Shown here in pieces: positions 44,774 through 53,472 of a stretch of DNA of 56,108 nt. The stretch comes from Rhodospirillales bacterium (GTDB lineage: Bacteria > Pseudomonadota > Alphaproteobacteria > Acetobacterales > Acetobacteraceae). How positions within the stretch are numbered: the stretch's first letter is position 1; each line of letters begins with the position of its first letter. The DNA lies in assembly GCA_043748985.1 (NCBI GenBank), contig JAYVEG010000301.1, positions 1-56,108 on the forward strand, given 5' to 3'. A model generated the notes under the pieces. That model searched no databases. It saw only the letters and a program-made list of their open reading frames with translations, and was not told where the DNA came from. Position numbers and translations under genes: made by a program.

Positions 44774-45430
44774 TTACGTGCGTGGTGAATGCGCGAAACA
44801 GACCCGCAAAGAGTCGGATCGTTGCCAGCCCTGGCGCTGATCCCGATCGAGAGCAGATCGGAGCACGCCCCAGGGCTGGCGCTCAGACCAGACGGGACGG
44901 TTCCGCTTGAAGCAGCGGAGGATCGCCATGCCGAACAGCAGGATACCGGGGGTGGCGGGTTTGGGCACCGTGATGAACGAGGTGGGGGCAGCGAAGTCGT
45001 AGCCGACTGCTTCAAGCAGCGTGACCTCGTTCAAAGTCAGCGGCATGAGCGGACCGGCCGTGCGGTCGCCGAACGGGTCCTGAACCTGGACATCCGCGTT
45101 GTTGGCCCAGTCGTCATAGTCGCCGCCGTTGGAACAATTGTTGTAGTTGCTCAGGTTGGTCGTGCCGCCGTTGACGGAGAAGTAAGCGTTCGGCGTGCCG
45201 CCGCCACACGGAGGGCTGGTGCCGGGATTGGTAGACCAGCTTCGCACGCCGGGGGCGCCATATAGAGCGCAGCGTTGACCACAGTCTTTGTCGGACGAGG
45301 AGTAATCGCACGAGAACGTCACTGTAATAAATGGATTGGTGACAGCTAGTCTGGAGACAAAGCCGAGCGTTAGCAGCGCGATGACACCTGAGGCTGACGA
45401 GCGGCCGGGTATAGATTCTGTATTTAACAT
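44774..45430 (-). CDS. secreted Cys/Asn/Gly-rich protein with a PEP-CTERM-like C-terminal sorting signal
   Basis: ATG 45430 (MLNTESIPGRSSASGVIALLTLGFVS signal). Near the C-terminus is VPKPATPGILLFGMAILRCFKRNR (VPxP, hydrophobic helix, basic cluster), followed by an unusual 40-aa tail. It lies in the ~51-60% GC islet. GTG 45478 is an alternative start. Confidence 0.55.
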   Translation of the reverse strand: MLNTESIPGRSSASGVIALLTLGFVSRLAVTNPFITVTFSCDYSSSDKDCGQRCALYGAPGVRSWSTNPGTSPPCGGGTPNAYFSVNGGTTNLSNYNNCSNGGDYDDWANNADVQVQDPFGDRTAGPLMPLTLNEVTLLEAVGYDFAAPTSFITVPKPATPGILLFGMAILRCFKRNRPVWSERQPWGVLRSALDRDQRQGWQRSDSLRVCFAHSPRT

Positions 45431-45630
45431 CAGGAATACGACCCGACTGAAACCGAAATACCCTGCGTTGACTGTCACTCAAGGCTTCATGATGCAATCT
45501 TTGCGCCGGCTATTCGGCAACTATCAAGGGTAGCATCTTTGATATGATGCGGGGCGGCTGTAAAGAATTTAGACACCGGCGTTTGGTGGCTGCGGCCATC
45601 GACCCATTGGCTGAGGCAACGCGGAGTACC

Positions 45631-46368
45631 TCAGACCGCCGCCGCCACCGTCTTCCCTCCCAGATAAGCCGCCCGGACATCCGGATTGCTCCACAACTCC
45701 GCGGGCTTCCCGCTCACCAGTAGCGACCCCGTCTCCAGCACATAGCCTCGGTCAGCCACGCTCAGCGCCATATGCGCGTTCTGCTCAACCAGCAAGACCG
45801 TCGTGCCGCGCGCCCGGATGTCCGCGACGATGCGGAACACCTGCTGCACGATGAGCGGGGCCAGGCCGAGGCTCGGCTCGTCCAACAGCAGCAGGCGCGG
45901 CTTGGCCATCATGCCGCGCGCGACGGCCACCATCTGCAACTGGCCGCCGGACAGGGTCCAGCCGAGCGCGTGTTCCAGGCGCTTGAGGTCCGGGAAGAAG
46001 CCGAACATGTCGTCGGTTTCACACTCCAGGATACGCCGGGCCACGCCTTTGCGGTTGCTGCCGCCGAGCAGGATGTTCTCCCGCACGGTCAGGCCCGGGA
46101 AGACCCGCCGCCCTTCAGGCACGTGCGCGATGCCCAGCCGGACGATCGCCTCGGGCTTCATCCCGATCAGGTTTTTGCCGTCGAAGCGCAGCGTGCCAGA
46201 CAGGTTGGGCACCAGGCCGCTGATGGAGCGCAAGGTCGTGCTCTTGCCGGCGCCGTTACTGCCGAGGAGGGCGACGATTTCGCCCTCCTCGACCATCAGG
46301 TCCAGGCCTTTCAGCACGTCGCCCGCGCCATACCGGGCGTGCAGTCCGGCCATTTCAAGCAGCGGCAT
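45631..46368 (-). CDS. livF: branched-chain amino acid ABC transporter ATP-binding protein LivF
   Basis: GSNGAGKSTTL, LSGGQLQMVAVARGMM and LLLLDEPSLGLAP. The Y..GxxxL..VsL pattern at the N-terminus is typical of LivF. Confidence 0.9.
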   Translation of the reverse strand: MPLLEMAGLHARYGAGDVLKGLDLMVEEGEIVALLGSNGAGKSTTLRSISGLVPNLSGTLRFDGKNLIGMKPEAIVRLGIAHVPEGRRVFPGLTVRENILLGGSNRKGVARRILECETDDMFGFFPDLKRLEHALGWTLSGGQLQMVAVARGMMAKPRLLLLDEPSLGLAPLIVQQVFRIVADIRARGTTVLLVEQNAHMALSVADRGYVLETGSLLVSGKPAELWSNPDVRAAYLGGKTVAAAV

Positions 46369-48154
46369 CTTGCCTTGGCTCCCCCAGGTAGGCCGCGATC
46401 ACATCGGGATGCGACAGCACGTCACGCGGCGCACCGTCGGCGATGCGGCGGCCGAAGTTCAGCACGGTGATGTGGTCCGCCACCTGCTCGACCAGATTCA
46501 TGTCGTGGTCGACGATCAGGATCGTCAGGCCATGCCCCTTCAGCCGCCGCAGCAGCAGGCCGAGTTCGTGCTTCTCGGTCAGGTTCAGGCCGGCGGCGGG
46601 TTCGTCCAGCAGCAGCACGTGGGGGCTGCTGGCGAGCGCGCGGGCGATCTCGACGTAGCGCTGGTAACCGTAGCTCAGCGTGCCGACCATGCGGTTGGCG
46701 TCGTGGCGCAGGCCGACGAAGTCCAGCGCGGCCAGTGCGCGGGCCACGACTTCGGCGGGCTGCTCGGCGATGTCGTTGCCGGGGCGCTCGGCGCCGACCA
46801 TCACGTTTTCCAGCACGGTCATGCCCTTGAACACGCGGATGTTCTGGTAGGTCCGCGCCAGTCCCAGGCGGGTGCGTTCATGCGGCTGGGTGCCGGTCAC
46901 GTCGCGCCCGGCGATCGCGATGCGGCCCGCGGTTGGCCGGTACAGGCCCGTGGTGACGTTGATGAAGGTTGTCTTGCCGGAGCCGTTCGGCCCGATGAGC
47001 GCGTGCACGGTGCCGCGCCGCACTGCCATGTCGACGCCGTCCAGTGCCTTCAGTCCGCCGAAATGCTTGGCCAAACCCTTGATGTCCAGCGCCACCTCGA
47101 CCGAGTCGGTGCCGGTCTGCGCCAGCAGCGGCAGCGGCGCAACCTCGCCCTCGATCGGCTTGGCCCGGCGTAGCCGGCTTGCCACCGCGCCCCAGAGGCC
47201 GTCCGGCAGGAATACCATGATGAGGATCACGGCTGCGCCATAGACGGCAAGATAGACATTCTTCAGGAAGCGCAGCCACTCCGGCAGCAGCACCAGGAGC
47301 GTGGTGCCGAGCAACGCGCCGAACGGTGACTGCACGCCACCCAGCAGCGCCATCGTCAGCAGCACGATGCTCTCGCCGAAGGTGAACTGGTCGGGGCTGA
47401 TGTAGGCGAAGGCGCCCGCGAACATGCCGCCGCCCAGACCGCCCAACAGGGCAGAGATGCCGAATGCCAGGACCTTGGTGCGGAAGATGTCGATGCCACA
47501 GGTGCTGGCCGCGATCTCGTTGTCGCGCACGGCCTGCATGGCGCGGCCGAGCCGGCTGGTCTTTAGGCGCCAGGCGTACCAGGTGACGACCATGAGCACG
47601 ACGAGGCAGAGCGCGAGGTAGTGGTCGCCCCGGGCCAGGTCGATGCCCGGGAAGCCTGGCCTGGGGATGGACTTCACCCCGTCCGGTCCATGGGTCAGGC
47701 CGGTCCAGTTGTTCAGCACGAGGGTCAGGATCTGCTGGAAGCTGATGGTGACCATGGCGAGGTAATGGCCGCCGAGCCGCAGGCTCGCGAGCCCCAGCAG
47801 AATACCGAAGGCCGTCGCCAGGGCGATGCCCGCCAGCAGTGCGACCACGAAGGGCAGCCCGAAATCCGTGGTGCCGAGCCCGACGCCATACGCGCCCAAC
47901 CCGAAGAACGCCGCCTGCGCCAGCGAGATCTGTCCGCAATAACCGAGCACGACGACCAGGCCGGCAACGCCGATCGCATAGGTCGCTGCCTGCATGACGA
48001 TGTTGAGGATGTAGCCGGACGTTGGCGCAAGCGAGGCTGCCGCGAGCACCACGACGATGGCGACCGCGAGCGACGGCAGGCCGCGCCAGGCCCGCGCCTG
48101 CGGCACGTTGAGGACAGCCCGCGCCTTCGGCACGTTGATGACGGCTGCGGTCAT
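46355..48154 (-). CDS. fused LivM-type permease / LivG-type ATPase
   Basis: From ORF 46355-48775, with the start moved to ATG 48154 (ATGA overlap with the livH stop). About 330 aa are permease (GQISLAQAAFFGLGAY...VRDNEIAA). About 255 aa are ATPase (GPNGSGKTTFINV, LSYGYQRYVEIARAL, LLLDEPAAGLN). Confidence 0.88.
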   Translation of the reverse strand: MTAAVINVPKARAVLNVPQARAWRGLPSLAVAIVVVLAAASLAPTSGYILNIVMQAATYAIGVAGLVVVLGYCGQISLAQAAFFGLGAYGVGLGTTDFGLPFVVALLAGIALATAFGILLGLASLRLGGHYLAMVTISFQQILTLVLNNWTGLTHGPDGVKSIPRPGFPGIDLARGDHYLALCLVVLMVVTWYAWRLKTSRLGRAMQAVRDNEIAASTCGIDIFRTKVLAFGISALLGGLGGGMFAGAFAYISPDQFTFGESIVLLTMALLGGVQSPFGALLGTTLLVLLPEWLRFLKNVYLAVYGAAVILIMVFLPDGLWGAVASRLRRAKPIEGEVAPLPLLAQTGTDSVEVALDIKGLAKHFGGLKALDGVDMAVRRGTVHALIGPNGSGKTTFINVTTGLYRPTAGRIAIAGRDVTGTQPHERTRLGLARTYQNIRVFKGMTVLENVMVGAERPGNDIAEQPAEVVARALAALDFVGLRHDANRMVGTLSYGYQRYVEIARALASSPHVLLLDEPAAGLNLTEKHELGLLLRRLKGHGLTILIVDHDMNLVEQVADHITVLNFGRRIADGAPRDVLSHPDVIAAYLGEPRQDAAA

Positions 48155-49029
48155 GCCTTCTCCGAGATCTTCTCGCCGAACAGGCCCTGCGGCCGGATCA
48201 GCAGGAACAGCAGCAGCAGCGCGAAGGCGATGGCGTCCTTGTATGGAACGGAGATGAACGCCGCGCCGAAGGTCTCGACCAGGCCGAGGGCCAGGCCGCC
48301 CAGTATGGCGCCCGGGATGTTGCCGAAGCCGCCGATGATGTTGGCCGCGAAGGCCTTCAACGAGATGAGCGCGCCCATCCCCACGCTGACGAACAGCACG
48401 GGCGCCACCAGCACGCCGGCCAGGCCGCCCAGGGCCGCGGAATAGCCGAAGGTGATCAGGATCATGACGGCGACGGGAATGCCCAGCAGGCTTGCCATCT
48501 CCTTGTCCTGGCTGGTCGCCTGCAGCTTCTTGCCCAGCAGCGTCTTCTCGAAGATCAGGTATTGCAGCACCACCATCAGTGTCGCGACGACGATGATGGT
48601 CAGGTACTGGCTGTCCATGAACACGCCCCCGACTTCGAAGCCGGGATTGTCGAACAGGCCGGGCAGGACCTCCGGGCTGGGTCCGTAGAGAACAAGGACG
48701 ATGTTGGCCAGGAAGATGCTGGCGCCGATCGTGCTGATAATCACCGGCAATTGGCCACGGTGCCGCAGAGGCCAATAGGTTGCTCCGGCGAACAGCACGC
48801 CGAACCCGGCCATCAGCACGACCGCGAGTGGCAGGGCGACGAGGTATGGCAGGCCGATGCCGGTGAACAGAACGACCATTAAATAGGCGCCGATCATGCT
48901 GAACTCGCCCTGGGCGAAATTCACCACGTTCGCCGCCCGGATGAGCAGCACGAAGCCCAGCGCTACCAGTGCGTAGATCGCCCCGATCCCGAGCCCCGTG
49001 AACAGGAGCTGCGGGACGATCTCTAGCAT
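48151..49029 (-). CDS. livH: branched-chain amino acid ABC transporter permease LivH
   Basis: 292 aa. GIGAIYALVALGFVLLIRAANVVNFAQGEF is the typical LivH N-terminus. Confidence 0.9.
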   Translation of the reverse strand: MLEIVPQLLFTGLGIGAIYALVALGFVLLIRAANVVNFAQGEFSMIGAYLMVVLFTGIGLPYLVALPLAVVLMAGFGVLFAGATYWPLRHRGQLPVIISTIGASIFLANIVLVLYGPSPEVLPGLFDNPGFEVGGVFMDSQYLTIIVVATLMVVLQYLIFEKTLLGKKLQATSQDKEMASLLGIPVAVMILITFGYSAALGGLAGVLVAPVLFVSVGMGALISLKAFAANIIGGFGNIPGAILGGLALGLVETFGAAFISVPYKDAIAFALLLLFLLIRPQGLFGEKISEKA

Positions 49030-49054
49030 CGGCGGACGACCTGGTCTTCGATCG

Positions 49055-50200
49055 TCAAGCCGCGTCCTTCACGTCGATCCGGCGCTCGAAGACGATCTTG
49101 CCGCCTTCGTTCTTGACGATGTTGTAGCCGCGCAGCCCATCGCCGTTGGCGTCGAAGTTGTATTCGCCCTCGGCCCCGGCGAAGCCCTTGATCGCAGCCA
49201 GAGCCGCGCGGATCTTTTCGGAATCGAGGCTGCCGGCGTCGTTGATGGCACGGCCGAGCAGGTTCACCGCGTCGTAGGTCCAGGAAGACTGGTTGTCCGG
49301 CATCGTCTTGTAGGCCGCCGTATACTTGTCCCCAAACACCTTGCTGGCCGGTGTCGCATCGACCGCATAGTCGGCGACGCCGTAGGTGCCATAGAGCGCC
49401 GGGCCCGCGAGGTTGAGCGCCGTGGTGTTGACGATGGAGGGCGAGCCGACCCACGGCACCCGCACGCCAAGCTGGCGCAGCTGGCGGGCGAAGATGCCGA
49501 GGTCGCTTTCGAAGGTGAAGTAGCTGCTGAGGATGTCGGCGCCGGACTGGCGCACCGCCAGCACGACGGCGGAGAAGTCCGAGGCATTGTTGGTGTAGGG
49601 CTGAATCAGCAGCGGCGTGATGCCCTTGGCCTTCAGCGCCTCCTCCAGCGCCTTCGCGCCGTTGGTGCCGAATGCGTCGGAGGAGTGCACGATTGCCCAC
49701 TTGGTTTTCTTGAGGTCGGCCACGCCGTATTCGGCGATCACCTTGCCCGAGTAGCTGTCGTTCGGGCGGCAGCGGAACAGCCACTTATTGCCTTGGTGCG
49801 TCAGCGTCGGCGACGTGCCGCCGATCATCATGGGCTTGCCGATCTTCAACACGTCGGGGGCCATCGCCTCGACCTGCGTGCTGCGGATGGAGCCGATGAA
49901 GGCGGGGATCTCGGTCTGCGACGCGAGACGGCTGAAGGCCAGCACGGCGCCGGGGTTGGTCGTCTGGTCGTCCTCGACCACCAGCTCCATCTTGCGGCCC
50001 AGCACCCCCTTCACGTTCACCATCTCCAGCGCGAGCTTCGCGCCGTTGAGCTGGAACTTCCCGGCTTCGGCCGCCGGGCCGGTGGATGGAAAGACGCAGC
50101 CGATCTTGACGGTATCGGCCGCCCGCGCAATCCGTGGAGCGGTAAGCAGGGCGGTCGCGCCCAATGCCAGAGTACGTCGCGACAGCTTGAATTCGGACAT
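49055..50200 (-). CDS. ABC transporter substrate-binding protein (LivK/type-1 periplasmic binding fold)
   Basis: From ORF 49055-50371, with the start moved to ATG 50200 (MSEFKLSRRTLALGATALLTAPRIARAADTVKIGCVFPSTGP, a Tat/Sec-like signal). Confidence 0.88.
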   Translation of the reverse strand: MSEFKLSRRTLALGATALLTAPRIARAADTVKIGCVFPSTGPAAEAGKFQLNGAKLALEMVNVKGVLGRKMELVVEDDQTTNPGAVLAFSRLASQTEIPAFIGSIRSTQVEAMAPDVLKIGKPMMIGGTSPTLTHQGNKWLFRCRPNDSYSGKVIAEYGVADLKKTKWAIVHSSDAFGTNGAKALEEALKAKGITPLLIQPYTNNASDFSAVVLAVRQSGADILSSYFTFESDLGIFARQLRQLGVRVPWVGSPSIVNTTALNLAGPALYGTYGVADYAVDATPASKVFGDKYTAAYKTMPDNQSSWTYDAVNLLGRAINDAGSLDSEKIRAALAAIKGFAGAEGEYNFDANGDGLRGYNIVKNEGGKIVFERRIDVKDAA

Positions 50201-50383
50201 GGTCCACTCCCGGTAGGCTGTTGAATTGGCCCTTGTTGTGAGAACCAAACCACACGGGTCCCCTGCCCGCAAGAGCCTCGTCGCGGGTTGTAGGGAGCAC
50301 TCGATATGTCTGGTCATGGGGTGTTCCATGGTCCCGTTGCATCGGGGGATACGACAAGGCAGGACGCGCACGGGACGGGCAGA

Positions 50384-50911
50384 TCAATCAAGCTGCGTGA
50401 CGGGCAGCGAGGCGGACAACCCGAGTGCTACATTCGCCGGACAGCCTGGGTTGGTGGCAACAGCGATTGCGCCGGCGCGGACCCAGGCCTCCTGCGCCGG
50501 GGTTTCGATCGCGCCGGGTCGGGCGGCGCGGACCGCTGGGATTGCGGTTTCCGGGGGCATCCCATGCTCGACCAGCAGGCGGGCGGCGATGATACCTGAA
50601 CGGCCGAGGCCGCCGCGGCAGTGGATCAGGACGCGTCCGCCGGCGGAGAGAGCATGGCGAAGCGCGGCCGAACGGTTTGGCCAGGCTGCTTCGAAAGCGG
50701 CGTCGGGTATGGCGTAGTCCTGGACAGGCCAGTGATGCCACGCCATGCGCCTTCGTCGCACCTCGGCGCCGAGCCACGCGATCCCGAGTGCTTCGAGCTC
50801 GTGCTGCTCGACCAGCGTCACGACGGCGGCAGCACCCCAGGATGCAATGGCGTCGAGTTCGGCGTGGCCGGGGGCAGAGGTGATGCCGATGGTGCCGGGA
50901 CCGAACGGCAA
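50384..50911 (-). CDS. Cys-based protein-tyrosine / dual-specificity phosphatase (CDKN3/KAP-like fold)
   Basis: VLIHCRGGLGRSGIIAARLL is an exact HCx5R(S/T) P-loop. 175 aa with no signal peptide. Confidence 0.75.
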   Translation of the reverse strand: MPFGPGTIGITSAPGHAELDAIASWGAAAVVTLVEQHELEALGIAWLGAEVRRRRMAWHHWPVQDYAIPDAAFEAAWPNRSAALRHALSAGGRVLIHCRGGLGRSGIIAARLLVEHGMPPETAIPAVRAARPGAIETPAQEAWVRAGAIAVATNPGCPANVALGLSASLPVTQLD

Positions 50912-50961
50912 CTGTGCAATCGGCGGATTGGTGGCATCGAAAGCGGGTCGCGCTGTTCCGG

Positions 50962-51978
50962 CTATTGCAGCAGTCCCTGCTTGCCCATCCAGTCCTGCAC
51001 GAGCTGCGCCACCTGGTCGGAGTTGCGATCCATCATCAGCATGTGGGTGTTGCCCATAATGCCGCGTTTCGGCAGGTCCACCAGGTCGGCGACTCCGCCC
51101 TGGGCGGCCAGCGCCTCCTGGTATCGGTGCGTGGCGGGCAGGATTTTCTGCCAGAACGGGCTTGTTTCGAGGAAGTCGCCGTAGACCACCAAATGGGGAA
51201 CGGATTTGAGCGGGGCGATGTCGGCCTTGGCCGGGTCGGGCGCGCCAGAGGGCTCGATGGAGATGAGGGCGCGGACCTTGTCGGGCGCGTGCAGGGCCGC
51301 GGTGAAGCCGAAATTACCGCCCTGGCTGTGGGTGATGATCACGCAAGGGCAGATTTTCTGGACCAGTGCGTCGTAGGCGGCCTGGGTGGCGGCGTCGTTC
51401 GTGGCCCAGCGGGGCACGCCCTGTTTCATGAACTGCTGCAGGTGGTCGACGGGGAACTGCTCGCCGGGGAAGGCGACGCGCTTGGCTTGATCGGGGTCGA
51501 AGGTGGGTCCGAAGCGGAAGATGTCCCAGGCCTCCTTGCCGGTGCGGAAGAAGGGCTCGGACTTGAAGATTTCGGGGTAGCGTGCCCAGGAGGCGCGGCC
51601 GCGCTCGACGGCGTCGGAGACGTAGACGTCGTGACCGGCCTTGATGAAGAAGCTCTGCCAGCCCGGCTGGCCGTCGGGCTTGGTTTCCCATGTCACGCCG
51701 GAGAGGCCGCCGCCGTGCCAGAGGAGGAGGGGGTATTTTGCGCGTGGGGCGGTCTGTTTTAGGTACTGAATGTACATCTGCTCGACCTCGAAATCGCCGT
51801 TCGGGTCGACGACAAGGGGCTGCATGCCAGCGGTGAAGACGATTTCCCGCTTTGCTAAGCCTTCGAGGTGGACGGTGCGACCGCCGATGTGGAAGCTGCC
51901 GATCTCGGCGATGTCGGTTGCGAGGCAGGGCGTGGCGAGCGAGGCGAGGATGGCCGCTGCGTAGAGTCCGAGTTTCAT
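50962..51978 (-). CDS. secreted alpha/beta hydrolase (esterase-like)
   Basis: The signal is MKLGLYAAAILASLATPCLA. LLLWHGGG is the oxyanion region and ITHSQGG is the nucleophile elbow (GxSxG variant). Confidence 0.75.
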   Translation of the reverse strand: MKLGLYAAAILASLATPCLATDIAEIGSFHIGGRTVHLEGLAKREIVFTAGMQPLVVDPNGDFEVEQMYIQYLKQTAPRAKYPLLLWHGGGLSGVTWETKPDGQPGWQSFFIKAGHDVYVSDAVERGRASWARYPEIFKSEPFFRTGKEAWDIFRFGPTFDPDQAKRVAFPGEQFPVDHLQQFMKQGVPRWATNDAATQAAYDALVQKICPCVIITHSQGGNFGFTAALHAPDKVRALISIEPSGAPDPAKADIAPLKSVPHLVVYGDFLETSPFWQKILPATHRYQEALAAQGGVADLVDLPKRGIMGNTHMLMMDRNSDQVAQLVQDWMGKQGLLQ

Positions 51979-52190
51979 GATGTTTCCCCGCTTTTTTATC
52001 GTTGGCGAGAGGCTATCATGTCTTGCGCCGAAGCAAAGGTGGTGGTCCTTTTACCTTGGCGTACTCCATTTGATGCCCTGTTCGCGCAAGACCGGCGGTG
52101 GCTTGGTCAGGCGGACCGGCGTGGATGACCCGGTCGGACCCGACCACGACGGGAGTTATGGGGCGAGCCAGGGCCGAACGCGTTCGGGAT

Positions 52191-53405
52191 TTAAGCCGCG
52201 CGTCCCCCGCGTATCACTGCGCAGACCGGGCTATGGGCGATTCGATAGGGCAGCTCCGCCGGATGGGGCAGGTCCCAGAGGACCAGGTCGGCGCGTTTGC
52301 CGATCTCGATGGTGCCGCGGTCGTGGAGCAGACCGAGGGCGCGGGCAGATTCGCGGGTGAAGCCGGCGACGGCCTCTTCGGCGGTGATGCGGAAGAGGGT
52401 GCAGGCGAGGTTCATGATGGCGGTGGGCATGAGGCAAGGGGAGCTGGAGGGGTTGTTGTTGGTGGCCAGCGCCATGCGGACGCCGGTTTGGCGGAACAGT
52501 TCGACGTTGGGTTTCCTGGTTTCGAACAGGGTGTAGTTGGCGCCAGGGAGGAGGATGGCGACGGTTCCGGCTGCCGCCATGGCTTTGGCGCCGGCCTCGT
52601 TCGTGTATTCGAGGTGGGCTGCGGAGAGTGCGGCATGTCGGGCCGCGAGCGCGGCGGCGCCGGCTTCGGAGTATTGGTCTGCGTGGAGGGTGACGCGTTT
52701 GCCGAAACCTGCGGCTGCGCTGAACATGCGGTCCATCTGGGCGTGGGTGAAGCCACGAAATGCGGGGGTGTCGCAAAAGCCGTCGACGATATCGACGAGG
52801 TCTTCGGCGACCGCGGCCGGGAGGACGGTATCGACAAGGTGGTCTATGTAGGCGTCCGGACGCTCCCAGTATTCGGGCGGGACGGCGTGCGCGCCCATGA
52901 AGGTGCAGACCATATCGACGGGCAGTTGGCGGCCGATCTGGCGGGAGACGCGGAGGAGGCGGAGTTCGGTTTCGAGGTCCAGGCCGTAGCCGGATTTGCT
53001 TTCGAGCGTGGTGACGCCGTTGGCGATCAGGGTGCGGACGCGTTTGGCCGACTGCTCGAACAACGCGGCGTCGGTTGCAGCCCGCGTGGTGAGCAAAGTG
53101 CCTCGGATTCCGGCATTGGCGCGGATCAGGTCGTCACGGGTGGCGCCGGCGAGGCGCATTTCCCAGTCGGTGCGGCGCTCGCCGGCGTGGACGACGTGGG
53201 TGTGGGGATCGACGAGGCCGGGCGTGAGCAGCATGCCGCCGCAATCCGTTACCTCTGCGGCGGGCGGCGCATCCGCGGCGGCGCCCACCCAGCCGATGCG
53301 CCCATCCGCAACCGCGACGGCGCCGCGCGCGATCAGGCCGAAAGGCCCGCCGCCTTCTGCCATCGTCGCGACGACGGCATTCGTCCATACCCGATCCCAC
53401 ATCAT
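52191..53405 (-). CDS. hutI: imidazolonepropionase
   Basis: GLVDPHTHVV, ESKSGYGL, FMGAHAVPPEY, HADQYSEAGAA, SAAHLEY, LATNNNPSSSP and GKRADLVLWD match HutI metal/substrate motifs. Confidence 0.88.
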   Translation of the reverse strand: MMWDRVWTNAVVATMAEGGGPFGLIARGAVAVADGRIGWVGAAADAPPAAEVTDCGGMLLTPGLVDPHTHVVHAGERRTDWEMRLAGATRDDLIRANAGIRGTLLTTRAATDAALFEQSAKRVRTLIANGVTTLESKSGYGLDLETELRLLRVSRQIGRQLPVDMVCTFMGAHAVPPEYWERPDAYIDHLVDTVLPAAVAEDLVDIVDGFCDTPAFRGFTHAQMDRMFSAAAGFGKRVTLHADQYSEAGAAALAARHAALSAAHLEYTNEAGAKAMAAAGTVAILLPGANYTLFETRKPNVELFRQTGVRMALATNNNPSSSPCLMPTAIMNLACTLFRITAEEAVAGFTRESARALGLLHDRGTIEIGKRADLVLWDLPHPAELPYRIAHSPVCAVIRGGRAA

Positions 53406-53472
53406 TCACCTCCGCGGCCCGGCGCTTGCTAGGCGCAACTCGGACAAACCTCGAGCACGCAAGGATCGCGCC

